The position numbers and the translations under genes were made by a program. The notes under the pieces were generated by a model, which searched no databases, was not told the origin of the DNA, and saw nothing but the letters and a program-made list of their open reading frames with translations. From contig MU057733.1 in NCBI GenBank assembly GCA_013265495.1, positions 186,001 to 250,000 on the forward strand: DNA of 64,000 nt, written 5' to 3'. Shown here one piece after another: positions 1 to 14,454 of this stretch (the first letter of the stretch is position 1; every line of letters starts with the position of its first letter). This stretch comes from Vicugna vicugna (taxonomy: Eukaryota).

Positions 1-1402
1 TTAATTCAGAAACTGTCTTTAATTTTTATAATTTTTATAATGATTTATAGGAATTACATTGCCCTCTAAAATTTTCTGATTTCATTCCATTATTTTAAAC
101 CAGAAAATTATTTTCTAATCAATATCTCTTCCTCCCAATTTGTCCTCATTTCAAGTCACTAAAAACAATCCTGAAAAATCACTATTTTTAGTGTTTTTCT
201 TCACCTTATCTATTACATTATAAAAAAAGGCTCATTTTATTCTTTTTAAAATTTTGTTTGCTTAATTTACCCATACTTCTACATAAAACACTTTGTTATA
301 GAGTTTTTAATTGTCAAATATTCATCAAGTACTTGCACATTTAATAGTGCTTGATAAGCATTTTAGCACTGTATTGGACACTTCATAAAGCTTTCATTTT
401 AAAAAATCAAGTTAATTGTTACTAGACCCATTAGGCATGAGCAGTGCAATAGGACTGTAAGTCAAAGACACTGTCCTTAAGAGCAGACCTTGAAATTCAG
501 TAATGGAGGAGATACGGCATTTGGGAAGGAGACAACACATAAGCCAAGGCTGTGTCCTGACGTGTCTGTTAACTCAAATGCCCTTGCCTACTTTCCCCTC
601 ACCTGCTAGCCCCTTAATTGATATCTAACTCCAAACTGAAAACTGAAAACTGAAAACAGTTGGAACAGTGCCTGTGTAAATGTCAGCTCACACTGTAATT
701 CCTGGTGCTTGGGAACATTCCAAATCATGACCCGTAGACTTTGACCAAGAAAACTTATTATTCATTGGAGAGTTTGAAAGATTTTTAGTAAATTTCAGGA
801 AGTGGTTCCTGGAGTCACCTGGAGTCCTAAAGCCATTCAGAAATGGACTACAGTTGTGTGTCTTGAGAAACACTCAGGATAACTCTAGGCACAATTGAAG
901 TTTCATACTATTCAGTAATGGCCCAGTCTGTGTTTTTAAATATCCCTAGGACATAAACTGGACTGAGATTTCTGACCCAGATTAATCACAAACCTCAGTG
1001 CATGGGACTTAGAAAGGAACAGATTTTACCCCCAAGAAAGTGGTGTGTTTGGAACATGAGACAACAGTCATCCATTTACTAGATTCTCTTGGATTCTTCT
1101 GTGTCAGCTAATCCCAACAATATTTACTCAACACTCACTAGGTTCCCAATACTATACTAGCTGTTTGGTTAAAATATGCATCATAAGGTTCTTGTCCTAG
1201 AGTGACAGTTTCAAAGGAGTGGGTTTTAAAGTGTGTGCATTGCCCTTCAGAGCTCTAAGGGGCATCCCAGAGCCATCATAGGAGTTGCTACAATTTTTAA
1301 ATTGCACCTGGTGCATAAAAATGCTCACTAAATGCAGTCTTGTGAGCTTAGTGTTCAACTAAGAAAGGACTTCCTTTTTATTTGTTTTATATACTTGATG
1401 TA

Positions 1403-1421
1403 TGTGTGTGTGTGTGTGTGT
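1403..1421. repeat. (TG)n microsatellite
   Basis: Direct reading. Confidence 0.9.
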
Positions 1422-2459
1422 ATATCTATCTTCCAAGTAAGATTTTATTTGAGAAAAGGGTCTGCTGCTAAATGAAGTTCGAAAAATTAATGGTCTCAAG
1501 TATCTCTTGTTTCAGTCATACTAAATATTCATATATTCATTCCATCAAGACTTAACTCAATTTTATAATATTGTAAAATCCTACTTTTGATTAAATGCCT
1601 ATAAGAAAAGCATTTTGACAAATATGTATTCTTCACTTAGTTTTGAAATGGCCCAATTATAGAAAATAGGAAACAAGAGTTATAGCCACCAACATTATGA
1701 GACTTTGTGTTAAATCTGTACCAGCCTTTATGAATTTTATAAAGGCTGACATTTATTACATTCCTGGTACTAATATAAATTGTTTTAGATATTTTATGTC
1801 ATTTCATCTTCATACATACGTTATGATGTAGGTATTATTATCATCTTATTTTACAGATGAGGTAATACTGATGACAGGAAATATTTAACATGTCCCAAAT
1901 GGTATAGTAAGAAAGTGGCAGAAAAGATACAAAAACACAGGCATCTGACACCAGAGCAATTAAGTAATACTACCCAAATTTTAAAAATTGGGAAATTGAG
2001 GTGCAAAATGGTATATTAGTTATAATGTAAAAATCTAATGTGTTACGTTATATAACTATCAAATGTCAGTCTGGAATTTAAAAGAAGATCATATAACGTC
2101 AAAGTTCAGTGGTTAAGAACTACCATAACGGTTGGATACAGCTCAAACTTATCAAAAGATACATTCTTTGTGTCTGAGAGTTATGTAAAATGAATACTTG
2201 ATCAAGAAATTTAGACACATGTGAAACAGCCTGAGAAGACTGATCTGATAATACCTTATGACCATTAATGTATCTAAAGAAAGATAATATCAGTCTTAAG
2301 AGACATTTAATGACTTTTGTCACATATTAAGTAATTTTTTTCATGATATTATAAAACATACTTTTAAGAACTCCAGTTCCTGATTAATGACTGTTAATAT
2401 ATAGATATAAAATAGATTCTTTGTAAGTCGATCATATAGTCTGAAATCTTGCTAAACTC

Positions 2460-3460
2460 ACATATGTGTTCGAGAATATTCTTAGGTAGTATGTAATCTA
2501 TTTTCTTGGGTGAGATTTGGTAAATTGTATTTTTCAAGGAATTGTCTATTTTACCTAAGTTAACAAATTTATGGGCATACATTTATTTGTAGTTGTATTA
2601 ATTATCTATTGCTATGTAATAAATTACCACAAACTTAGTCACTTAAAACACACATATGTTATCTTACAGTTTCTGAAGATTCAGAGTCTGAGTGCCTTTC
2701 TGGGTCCTATGCTTAGGGTCTTACAAGGCTGCAGTCAAGGTATAGACCAGGACTGGGTTCTCATCAGAGGCTTGGCCAGAGAAAGATTCACTTCCAAGCT
2801 TTACGGGGTTGTTGGCAGAGTTCATTTTCTTGAGGTTGTAGAATTCATGGCTGCCTGTTTCTTGAAGCCAGCAATGGAGGAAGAGAGATTCTAGAAAGAA
2901 AAAGTACCGTGGTATTATGTAATCACATCCATGTTACAGCCCATTGCCTTCCCCACATTCCACTGGTTACAAGCAAGTCAGAGGTCCTGCTCACACTCAA
3001 GGGGAGGAGATTATACAAAGTCTTTGGCACCAAGATATGACAATTATGGGGCCATCTTAAATTCTGTTCACCACCATAACATTCCCCAATTAACTTTTTT
3101 ACTATCTATTAAATCTATGGTGATGTCACCTCTCTCATTCTCAGACATTGCTAATTTGTGCCTTTTTTCTTTTTTCCAATCAGTCTTGCTAGAGTTTATC
3201 AATTTTATTGAACTTCCCAATGAACCAGCTTTTGGCGTCATTGATTTTCCATACTGTTTAATCAATTTATGCTTTGATCTTTATTATTTTCTTTTTTTAT
3301 GTTTACTTTGGATTTCATTTGATCTTTCATTTTTCTAGTTTCTTAAGGTGAAAGCTGAGGTCATTGTTTTGAGATCTTTATTCTTATTTTTTAGGTATTA
3401 GGTACCATACATTTTCCCCTAAACCCTTCTATGTCATCTCATAGATTTTGATACACACTG
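2460..3460 (-). mobile_element. Old L1 ORF2 fragment interrupted by an MLT1 LTR
   Basis: Minus ORF 3068-3265 (ENERGDITID) is ORF2-like, and L1-like sequence lies on both sides of the LTR. Confidence 0.65.
2594..3078 (-). mobile_element. MLT1 (MaLR) solo LTR
   Basis: TGTATTA..TCTATTGCT..GTAATAAATTACCACAAACTTAG terminus typical of MLT1. Confidence 0.75.
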
Positions 3461-4780
3461 TGTATCTTCTTGATTTTTCCTGCCTCAAAAGCACCACAAA
3501 CCTTAACATTACATGCACCTGACCGCAGACAACCATCCCAAGTACTTCGCGGTTGCTAGCCCATAGTGGCAAACTTTTATTTAAGGTAATAGCCTAGGGT
3601 AATTTTTTAGAGGCTTCCTTGACCTTAATATCCATGTTTATTACCTGTATTAGGATTTTCCAAAGAAATAGAACCAATAGGTTGCATCTATCTATCTATT
3701 TAGCTATCTAATTTCTGAATATCTGTATATCTGCATGTGTGTATATACACACAGAGCCAGTAAGATATATGTATGCATTATTTTTGAGGCTACTTTCTTA
3801 CTGACAACTCAATCTCTACATACATATATTATTGTACAAATTATAAGTAGGCTGACAACTATAGTAACAATACAATATCATAAGCATTTACATAAAGCTT
3901 CTGCTCCAGGTTTTGATGCATTTTGTGCCAGGTACTTTAGTAAATATGACAAAAATAAAGAAATTCGGGTACTTCAATTCCTAAGAATCAGCGTTCAAAA
4001 AAAAAAATCACATATGTTATCTCATAGATAACCTGATATGTGTGATATATCACACCTGATATGCCAAACCCAGGAAAAAACATAACTAAATGACAACAAA
4101 CTAATCCTAACAGAACCAATAAGATGTTTATGTGTAAAAAGCCTAATAGCTAGAACACACAAACAACGACGCTTGTGCATAGTCAGCACATTGTTACAGA
4201 ACAATTTATTGAATCTACCTATGGCCAGATTGCTATAAACATCCAACTTTATTTACATATTCTCTGTGCATTTTAATAATGACTAACTTATTAAGTTAGG
4301 CAAATGTTGGAGAGGGGACGATGCTTCCTTGTGTGTCCACCACACTCAGGGTCATCCTCTGGGAAAAGCTGACATGTCCATAGCCTTATTTTTTTTGAAA
4401 AACAGCTGTTAAGTGTTTTATACTTATTGGACCATCATGCTTTGTATCATATGACTCCTGATTTTGAGTCAGTTAACTTAGTTGAAGGATTTAATCCTTG
4501 AACCAAGATGGAGAGCTAAAGCCCTGGCCATTAGCCCATGAAGACACCTGTTAGTAACCTTGGCTCAGTAAGGGTGGGCAATACTGGGCGATGGCTAGCT
4601 TGCAAAGTAGATCTCTTTTTTGCAATTTTTGGAAGAAAATTTTAAAAAGAGAGCAGAAACAAAGAGATCCATGAGGCTTCAGAAGTCACAAGGCAGTAGA
4701 AACCTTATGATGGATACCCTGATGTGGAGAGAGAACAAGTGAAGAGACTAGTGTTGGGAGACATAGAAGTGGTAGAAGTT

Positions 4781-6735
4781 GGAAAGTCAAAAGCTTTTCT
4801 TCTAAGGCCAGGAACAAGTCAAGGATGACCATTTTTGCTACTTTTATTCACATGGTAATAGAAGACTAGTCGCAGCAATTAGAGAAGAAAAAGAAATGAA
4901 GGGCATCCAAATTGGAAAGGAAGATGTAAAACTGTCACTATTTGCAGATGATATGACATTATATATGGAATACCATAGACTCCATAAAAAACTATTAAAA
5001 TTAATAAACAAATTCAGTAAAGTCTGCAGGATACAAAGTTAATATACAGAAATCTGTTGCATTTCTATACATTAATAATGAACTATCAGAAAAAGAAATA
5101 AAGAAAGCAGTTCCACTGACAATTGCATAAAAAAGAATAAAATACCTCAGAATAAGTTTAACCAAGGAGGTGAAAAACCTATACTGTGAAAACTGTAAGA
5201 CATCAATAAAAGAAATTGAAGATGATACAAATAAATGAAAAAATATATCATACTCATGGATTGTAAGAATTAATATTGTTAAAATGTCCATACTACCCAA
5301 AACAATCTACAGAGTTAATGCAATCCCAATCAGAGTACCCATGACATTTTCCACAGAACTCAAACAAATAATCCTAAAATTTGTATGAAACCACAAATAA
5401 CCCCAAATAGCCAATGCAGTCTTGAGAAAGAAGACCAAAACTGGAGGTATAATATGCTCCTTGACTTCAAACTATACTGCAAATCTATGATCATCAAAAC
5501 AGTATGGTAATGGCACAAGAAGAGACACATATATCAATGGAACAGAATAGAGAGCACAGAAATAAACCTATATTTACATAAGAATTCATCTATGACAAAA
5601 GAGGCAAGAATGTACAGTTAGGAAAACACAACTTTTTCAATAATGGTTTTGGAAAAAGTGGGTAACTACATGCAAAAGAATCAAACTGGACTACTTTATC
5701 ACACCATAAACAAAAATTTACTCAAAATGGATTAAAGAGTTAAATGTAAGACTTTAAACTGTGAAACTCCTAGAAGAAAACATCAGCCTTAGCAACATTT
5801 TTTTTTGATCTGTCTTCAGAGCAAAGGCAACAAAAGCAAAAATAAACAAATAGGACTACATCAAACTTCTTAGTTTGCACAGTGAAGGAAACTATTAAAA
5901 TGAAAAGGCCACCTACTACTGAATGAGAGAAGATATTTGCGAACAATATATACAATGAGGGGTTAATATCTAAAGCATACAAAGAACTCATATAACTCAT
6001 GTCAAGAAATGTCAAGAAAACAAACAACCTGATTAAAAAATTGGCAGAGGACCTGAATATTTTTTCTGAATAAGATATATGTATAACCAACAGGCACAGT
6101 AAAAGTGCTCAACATCACTAAGCATCAGGGAAATGCAAATCAAAACCACAATGAGATATCACTTCACACCTGTCAGAATGGCTATTATCTATTTAAAGAA
6201 AATGAATAACAAGTGTTGGTGAGGATATGGAGAAAAGAGAACCCTTGTGTACTTTTGGTGGGAATGTAAATTGGTAGAGCCACTATGGAAAATAATATGG
6301 AGTTTCCTGAAAAAAAAAAAAAACTAAAAATAGAACTACCATATGATCCAGTAATTCCACTTCTGGATATTTATAAAAGAATACTAAAACACTAATTCAA
6401 AAAGATCTATGCTCTCCAGTATTCATTGCAGCATTATTTACAATAGGAAGGATATAGAAGCAATGTAAGTGACAATCAATAGATGAATGGACAAAGAAGA
6501 TGTGATATATGTATACAATGGAATATTAATTTAAAAAAATGAAATCTTGCCATTTGTAACAACATGGATTGACTTAGATGGTATTATGCTAAGTGAAATA
6601 AGTCAGACAGAGAAAGACAAATGCTCTATGATTTCACTTATATGTGGAATCTAAAAATCAAATGAACAAACATAACAAAACAGAAAAAGAGTTATAAATA
6701 CAGGGAGCAAACTGGTAGTTGCTAGTAAGATGGGG
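4781..6735 (+). mobile_element. Old 5'-truncated L1 (3' half of ORF2 plus part of the 3'UTR)
   Basis: LSLFADDM near 4930-4955, [11 protein letters not shown], typical ORF2 C-terminal and 3'UTR sequence. Confidence 0.9.
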
Positions 6736-6744
6736 ATTCAAGAC

Positions 6745-7370
6745 TAGGCAAAGTAAGGGAAGATGAAAAACAATGTAAAAGCGATGAATAGTAGGCTAAC
6801 TAACAAGGAAGAATGAATAAGTGCTCTGGAAGAGAGAATAATGGAAATCACCCAATTAGAATAGCAGACAGAGTGAAATGAAAAAAGCAACATATAAGAT
6901 CTATAGGATAATATAGAGTATGGGAACTTGTTCATAATAGGGGTTCCAGAAGGAGAAGAAAGAGAAAAGATTATAAAAAATATGTTTAGAGAAATTATGG
7001 CTGAAAACTTCCCAAATCTGAAGAAGGAAACAGATATCTGGGTACAGGAAGCAGAGAGAGTCCCAAATAAGATGAACCCAGACAGACTTACATCAAGACA
7101 TATAACTAAAATGGAAAAAATTAAAGAGAGACTATTTACAATAGCCAAGACATGGAAGCAACCTAAATGTCCATTCACAGATGACTAGATATAAAGAAGT
7201 TGTGGTATATTTCTACAATGGAATACTACTCTGCCATCAAAAAGGATAAAATAATGCCATTTGCAGCAACGTGGATGGACCTACAGATGATCCAGGGAAG
7301 ATCAATAAATCCAAGAGCTGTTTTTTTTTTTTTAAGATAACCCAAATTGACAAACCTTTAGCTAAGTTAA
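6745..7370 (+). mobile_element. Mosaic L1: ORF1 piece, ORF2 C-terminal piece and ORF2 linker piece
   Basis: ORF 6928-7188 switches from ORF1 (IIGVPEGEE..ENFPNL) to the ORF2 end ([14 protein letters not shown]) at ~7131. KINKSKS.F..IDKPLA-type sequence follows ~7293. Confidence 0.8.
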
Positions 7371-8430
7371 AGGACACACAATTAAAGGAGGCTCAATTAC
7401 TTGCTTTATTATAAGTTTTACATGCATTTTAAATTATAAAAGTGATATTATAGAAACATAGGAAATAAAAGACTTAAAATCATCTATAAGCCTGCAACAT
7501 TGACAAAATCACTGTTACTCTTTCAGGTATTTCTTACTTGTTTTCCTCATGTAATTTATGTTTGAATAGTTGAACCATATTGTATATATAATTGTTTAGC
7601 CTTATCTTTTCAGCTAAGGAAATTTGTTCTCATTCTGCTCTTGTGAGTAAAACCTGTTAATTTCTAATGGAACCATTGATAAGATATAACAGAATATTTA
7701 ATATGCACATACACTTCTGTTTAGCACCACAATGCCTAGAAAATTTTAAAGGAAAGCAAAGATATTATCATCTTCATGAATACTAAAAATATTCATCAGT
7801 GTTCTCTAAAACTTGGGCATAAAAATAGTGGTCCAAAAATATGAGATTGGTTAAATAAATTGTGGTATAACTACACAAAGTAACTACATTTAGCTATTAC
7901 AATTATGTTGTAGAAGTCAGTATACTGATTAGGAAAAATGGTTATGGTCTACAGCTAGGGGATGATTCAGGCTGAAAAACAGAATATTCTATACCAATTC
8001 ATTAAAAGACTATATGTACATGGCTATGTACAGATATAACTACAAAAAGAGACAATGAAAGATTAACAGTAATTGCTTCTGGTTTATGAGATTATCATTA
8101 AAACAATTTGGGTTCAATCGCAGAACAAATGACATTCTAGAAGGGAAATTATTAAGAGAATTGTGTGCTTACAAAATCATTGGCAGGGCCGGAGAAGCAG
8201 GCTCTTGATTGAGCTTCCAGAAATGACTCCTAGACCTGCCAATTTGGCTACTTCCTCTGCCATGATCTGGAAGCTGCTGCCACAATTGTTGGCTCGAGCA
8301 TCAGGTAAACTCAGCTGAGATCCACACCAGTGAAATAGTGCAGCCACTAATCCAGGGAATAAACTCTGTTATCTCTGTTATCACTGAGGCAGAAAAACTA
8401 ATGCCAGCAGGACTGTGCTTGACAGCAAAA

Positions 8431-8737
8431 AGCAGAACAAATGAACAAATATAATAAAACAGAAACAGACTCACAGATACAGAGAACAAACTAGTGGTTG
8501 CTAGAGGGGAGGGTTGTGGGGAAATGGGTGAAACAGGTGAAGGGGCTTAAGAGCTGCCAGCTACCAATTACATAACAAATCAGTCACAGAGATGTAATGT
8601 ACAGCACAGAAAATAGACTCAATATTATTATAATAACTTCATATGATGTGTAATCTATCAAGTATTGAATCACTATGTTGTACAGCTGAAGCTAATACAA
8701 TATTATAACTCAACTGTACTACAATTAGAAAAAAATA
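8431..8737 (+). mobile_element. L1 3'UTR fragment, apparently inside an MLT2-like LTR remnant (~8120-8900)
   Basis: AACAGACTCACAGATACAGAGAACAAACTAGTGGTTGC...A-tail. Confidence 0.75.
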
Positions 8738-11229
8738 AGTGCAAAGACAACCTCTTCCCACCTTCCAAATCTGTGTGGGTCATCTGCTTGGTGGAAGCTG
8801 GGACATGCACGGACACTGAGCTCAACAGTCTTCTAGCCCTCAGCTCGCCAGCCTCCAAAATGCTGAGGGAAGCTATAGGGGATTGGAATGGAGTTCTGAC
8901 CCCATGTACCAATGTAAACACAAAAGCTGATTTCAGTTTCCTCCTTTATAATTTGATGCTTTTTAAGTTTTTCAGCATTGAGTATATATTATCTTTGCAA
9001 TTGAAAAAAAATAACATTTTATAATAGGAAACTTCAGTGTTATTACACAGGTTTTAATAACCATTACTTTTAATAGCTATTTGCTTGGTTCTCAACTGAA
9101 AAAGAATTTTTCCTACTTTCCTTCTGCAAAGTGAAATCCAATTCCAAATAGGGTTTCTGTGTTGACTTAAAATCACTGAAAATATTTAAACCTGCATGAA
9201 ATGCAAAGAAAAACACCATACATGTGAAAGGCAAATATAACTTGTGACGTGTAGAATGAGGATCAAGGACACATATATATATTTAGGGGAAAAGGAGAAA
9301 ACAACTGTTTTTCATCATGACGCACAACACCACACAATTTTACCTTGTTGGCCAACCTGCAACATGAAAACTCAGAATGCTCCTTCTATAGCTTCTCTGT
9401 GAGTGCTGAGAAGAACATGTCTAGGGAGTGAATCTTCTTGAGTCAAGTCTACCTATCAAAAACGGGGTGGATTTAGCTTGCTGAGGCTGCTGGCGCTGTC
9501 TGCCAAAGGAGAGCAGCTGGAATATTAAAACCAATCTGCGCCCTACGGAGGAGTCTCGTTCTTCCCTGTGATAGGCGCCTGCAGGCTTTCCTCTGTGCAG
9601 AATACTGATTCAGTTTGATTTTACTGCTCTCTGTTCTGTATTTTGAGATGTCTGTTGAGTGCCTTCCAGTGCACAAAATGGCACAGAAATTCAGAATTAG
9701 GAAGATAAGGGTTCTGGTTTTTGAAGGCTTTTTTTTTTTAAGAGTGATGAACTGAGATACCCACATTTATACAATGAGAAAGACTGCAAATGACTAAACG
9801 ACTAGGTCTTTAGATAGAAAATAATGTCTTGATGATTGCCCCTACATTAAGCAACATGTTTCAAGCCTGACAAATTTTGGGGGAAAAAAAATGACAACTT
9901 CATGGGTCCAACTCCAGAAGTTTGATTTAGCAAACTGAGTACATAGCTGAGGACCATGTATTTTATAAAAGCCTTCTGAGGTGTTTCTGATAATCGTCTA
10001 GGTGTCAACCACTGGGCAAGAGGAGGCGAAGACCTGCTGCGGTCTGCTTTGACACACCCACATCACACAAATATTTTTTTAATATCAGTCACTGGGAAAA
10101 ATGAAAAAAAGTGATTTTATTGACAATATAGCTAAAGAAAGAAATAACATCATCACATGTCCATCTACTTGTCTTTCTCTTTATCCTCCCATATGTCAGC
10201 ATCCATCCCGAAGGGGCTGTGTGTGATGGGATGCTATGCTAAAAGCCTTCTTTAACTGTGATCTGATGGTGCTGGATGTTGACTGAGGCTTGTCTAGAGG
10301 AAATGAAGAAATATACCAATAACAGTAGTTTCTCCTCATGTTCAAAGGCATGTCTGTGCCTGTGCCTGGCAGATCCATCTTGCCCAAGGCTGCTACATCA
10401 TAAGTGGGAGCTCAGTTATTTATTGGGGCATTTGCTTTCAAGAAGTACAAGAAGAACTCAAAGAAGTACAAGTTTTTAATGGAGGGATAGGAAGGCAATC
10501 AATCATTTTCCTGTTGATTTTAAACTATCTCTTATTCTGTAACAGCATCATTTCATGACTTCTACTCTGTAAGTAGAATTCAGTCCAATTAAATCCCTAT
10601 CCATTAGGAATGAGGGAGAGGAAGAAGGGCCCATTGCACAGGAAACACAGCAGTGCTACACAAAGAAATAAAAATCTGGTCCTTAAATTATCTTGCTTAA
10701 AATTCTTCACTGGCTCCTCATTGCCTTAAGAATAAAGCACAAACTGCTTAAACATGGCTTACAAATGCCATCAATAATCATGCCTACACCAAGAGTAGGC
10801 AGTACACATTAAACATTCCATCAACTCCCCTACATTTCTGAGATCCTTGCAGTTGTTGGGGACAGGGAGCATGTAACTGGAGCTAGCCGATAGGCTGTGG
10901 GAATAAATGATGTATGTCACTTCCAGGCTGAAATATATAGAAGACCTTCAGATGTCTCTCCCTGATGTGGAGATGAAAGCCAGATGTTCCTGGTGTTGCA
11001 GCTACTAGTTGTGAATCTCCACTCTGGATCCCTACGTGGCTCTGCGCATCCCACTGCTATCAGCTTGCCTCCAACTTACATTGTATGTGAGAGGTAACTG
11101 TTATGGTGTCAAATCACGGATATTCTGATGTTTCGCTGTTATTTGAGTGTAACCTAGAAAATCTTGACCAGGTAGAATTGCCTGCCCACCTCACTTAATC
11201 CTTTGCTGCCATTTTCCTCACGCCTGAGG

Positions 11230-11585
11230 CACAGCCAAACTGAAACTTCAAGTTCCTTGATCTTGCTTATCTCTGATCCTTTGCAAAGGCTGTTCCCTTT
11301 TAGATTGCCTTATCCTCCTTTTCACAGTCAAAAAATCACTTCCTCCAGAAAACATTTTTTAATCTAAGTCCACATTTGATGCCCTTTCTAGAGCACCTTG
11401 AATATCCCCTGTACTTACTACACCACGAGGGAATTACCTCCCCTTGTGTTCCTTTGAGCTGTAAACAGTTGTGGACAGAGAGCATATCTACTTTGGCACC
11501 ACTACATTCTTAACATGGAAAATAGTACCGAGCACATGGTAAGTCTCAATAAGTATTTGTTGAATGCATGACTGAATGAACAAAC
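11230..11585 (+). mobile_element. L2 3' end
   Basis: GCACATGGTAAGTCTCAATAAGTATTTGTTGAATG...GAATGAA terminus. Confidence 0.6.
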
Positions 11586-12644
11586 TCACCAAGGCTGGGT
11601 TTAGAGAGCTAGGGCAAAGGTAGAGCGAGGGACGTGGCATGGCAGCAGTTGGAGGGTTGCCAACGTTTTGCCTTCAGGGCATGCAGATGATGGTTGTTGT
11701 CCTCCCTCTGCTGCCTGCTTGACAGCTGGGCCCCCTGCACCCTCCTGACATTGCATTCTCCTTGCTAACCTGCCATGATTTATCAAAGATGTGTTAACCC
11801 CTATGGCCAATGATTAAAAAATCCAGCTGGCTCCTGAATGCTAAGTGGCAAATGTTTACTGTAATCAAGAGGAAGACAGGCTGTTCCCCTAGCAATATTT
11901 TGCTTCTAAGTAAGAGGAAAATTAATCTAAAACTGATTGCTATAATGTCAGTTTAATGTCATATTTGTCTGCTTCTTTTTGAAGTGCCCTTTGCACTCCA
12001 AGTAATTTCTTTTTTAATGGGGAAGTCGGTTCCAGATTAGAAAGCTGAAAGAAGGCATCCCACATAACGTATTTTTTTGTTCTGTTTTCTTCTGGATTTG
12101 GCAATCCAGGGACATGATTTTCCTCAGCTGAGTAATATTAGGATAAAAATAGTGGCCATTTGTAGATGTACAACATTGTTAAAATGTACTCTGTATGTTT
12201 TAATGAAAGCTATTCACTGAGATATCTTGTCCCAGCAAGCAAACTGATTCAATTGCTGAAAGCAAGTGAGTTGATGGAAAAAAAAAAACCAAACTAACTA
12301 ATTTTCCACTTTCCCCTTTATTGTAAGCCTATTCTCTAATGGTTTATCCAAATATTTAAAATTCCACTGGGCTCAAGTAAGAGGCAGTCAGATAACTAAA
12401 AAGAAATTAAAGAGAAATGCAACAGATGAATGATTTTTAGAAGCTCAGAAATGACCGAGTGTATCCCTTGCCATTCACTTGAGTTAGGGAGTTACAGCAC
12501 AGAATATTGAATCTAAGCATAGTGATTTTTCTAGATTTCAGCATTAGTGGCCAGAGGGCTTGCACTTCATCAAGACAGTCTTCACATTTCATATATTTTT
12601 TTCCTGAATAAATAGAAACTACTTTACTTCCAGTGTAACTGAGA

Positions 12645-13755
12645 TTTTTTTTAATTACAGCTAGTTATGATGGGTCAATTTCTGGTGCACAGCACAGTGT
12701 CCCAGTCATGCATATACATCCATACATTCCTTTTCATATTCCTTTTCATTAAAGGTTACTACAAGATATTGAATGTAGTTCCTTGTACTATACAGAAGAA
12801 ATTTGTTTTTTAAATCTATTTTTATATATAGTGGCTAACATTTGCAAATATCAAAGTGCCAAATTTATCCCTTTCCACCCTCCTTCCCCTAGTAACCATA
12901 AGATTGTTTACTATGTCTGCAAGTCTGTTTCTGTTTTGTAGATGAGTTCATTAGTGTCCTCTTTTTCTCTCTTTTTTTAGATTCCACATATGAGTGATAT
13001 CATATGGTATTTCTCTTTCTCTTTCTGGCTTACTTCACTTAGAATGATGATCTTTAGGTCCTTGCTGCAAATTTCTCGAGTACAGCACAATACTTCAGTC
13101 ATTTATGAATGCACATATATTCACTTTCATATTCTTTTTCACAAGTTACTATGAGATATTGAATATGGGTCCCTGTGCTGTACAGTATAAACTTGTTGTT
13201 TATCTATTTTATATGTAGTAGTTAGTATCTACAAATCTTGAACTCCCAATTTATCCCTTCCCACCCCCTTTCCCCCTGGTAACCGTAAGTTTGTTTTCTA
13301 TGTCTGTGAGTCTGTTTCTGCTTTGTGAATAAGTTCATTTGTCTTTTTTTTTTTTAGATTCCACATATAAGTGTATTTTTCTCCCTTTTTCTGGTTTACT
13401 TAACTTAGACTGATGGTCTTTAGATGTCTTCGTTGGAGAAGTGCTTGTTTAAGTCCTCTGCCCATTTTTGGATTGGGCTTTTTTTCTGTTGTTGTTAAGT
13501 TGTATGAGCTGTTTATATATTCTGGAAATTAAGCCTTTGTCAGTCGCATCATTTGCAAGTATTTTCTCCCATTCTGTAGGTTGACATTTTGTTTTGCTTA
13601 TGATTTCCTTTGCTGTGCAAAAGTCTATACGTTTAATTAGGTCCCATTTGTTTATTTTTGCTCTTCTTTCCATTGCCTGCGTAGACTGCCCTAGGAGAAC
13701 ATTGCTAAGATTTATGTCAGAGAATGTTTTGTCTAGGTTCTCTTCTAGGAGGTAT
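12645..13755 (-). mobile_element. Composite of camelid-like L1 pieces (two 3' ends plus an ORF2 piece)
   Basis: Two related 3'UTR copies (12645-13070, 13071-13420), then an ORF2 segment (minus [18 protein letters not shown]). Confidence 0.85.
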
Positions 13756-13849
13756 AATTTCTATAAATCTTCATATTGTAAATACCTAGAAGAGAATTGT
13801 GACTTTGCCTCTTTTTCTTGAATTATTGAGAGGACTCTATTCCTGTTAA

Positions 13850-14413
13850 TGTTACCACCCCAGGTTCATTTGCCTGACACACAGCAAGCCGAATGCTGGA
13901 GGTTTATAGCAGAGAAATGGTTTATTCACAAGGCAGCTGAGTGAAGAAGTTGGAGAAGAAATCTCAAATCCACCTCCCCAGATATGAGGGCCTGGGGAAA
14001 GTTATAGGTGAAGATAATAGGGTATTCAGAGGTGAAAGGGAAGGTGATTGTAGGCAGGAAAAGGTGAATTAATTGTCACTCTGCACAGGTACAACTGAGT
14101 TTCTTCATGGGATGCACGTGCAATTTTAGGGGGCGTTGGTATAAAACATGCAAGGGAATTTGGGCCTGTGATACTGAAAAGTCACCAATGTGTGAGCCAG
14201 TCTATTCTGCACACTCTGATCAGTCCTATTGTTTCCACTGGGTTTTAGCCAGTTTTGTAGTGTTACAAGCAGAAAGTTTTCTTCTTTAACAAGCTGTTCC
14301 ATTATTTGCTGTTCTGTAAGACAATCTCAAGAATTTCTGTTAGTCACCAGTTTCTGTTAACCTTGTGGGCAGTTTTATGATGGGTTTTTAACTCTATGGG
14401 GGGCATGGTTTCA
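13850..14413 (-). mobile_element. ERV solo LTR (ERV1-like), 564 bp
   Basis: TG...CA termini flanked by a 4-bp TTAA TSD (13846-13849, 14414-14417). TTTATT (reverse polyA signal) at ~13921. Confidence 0.75.
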
Positions 14414-14454
14414 TTAAGACAGTGCACTTCTGGAATAATTCTGTAGACTCAAAA

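Noticed and set aside
633..657. (CTGAAAA)x3 repeat
   Set aside because: A trivial short tandem repeat.
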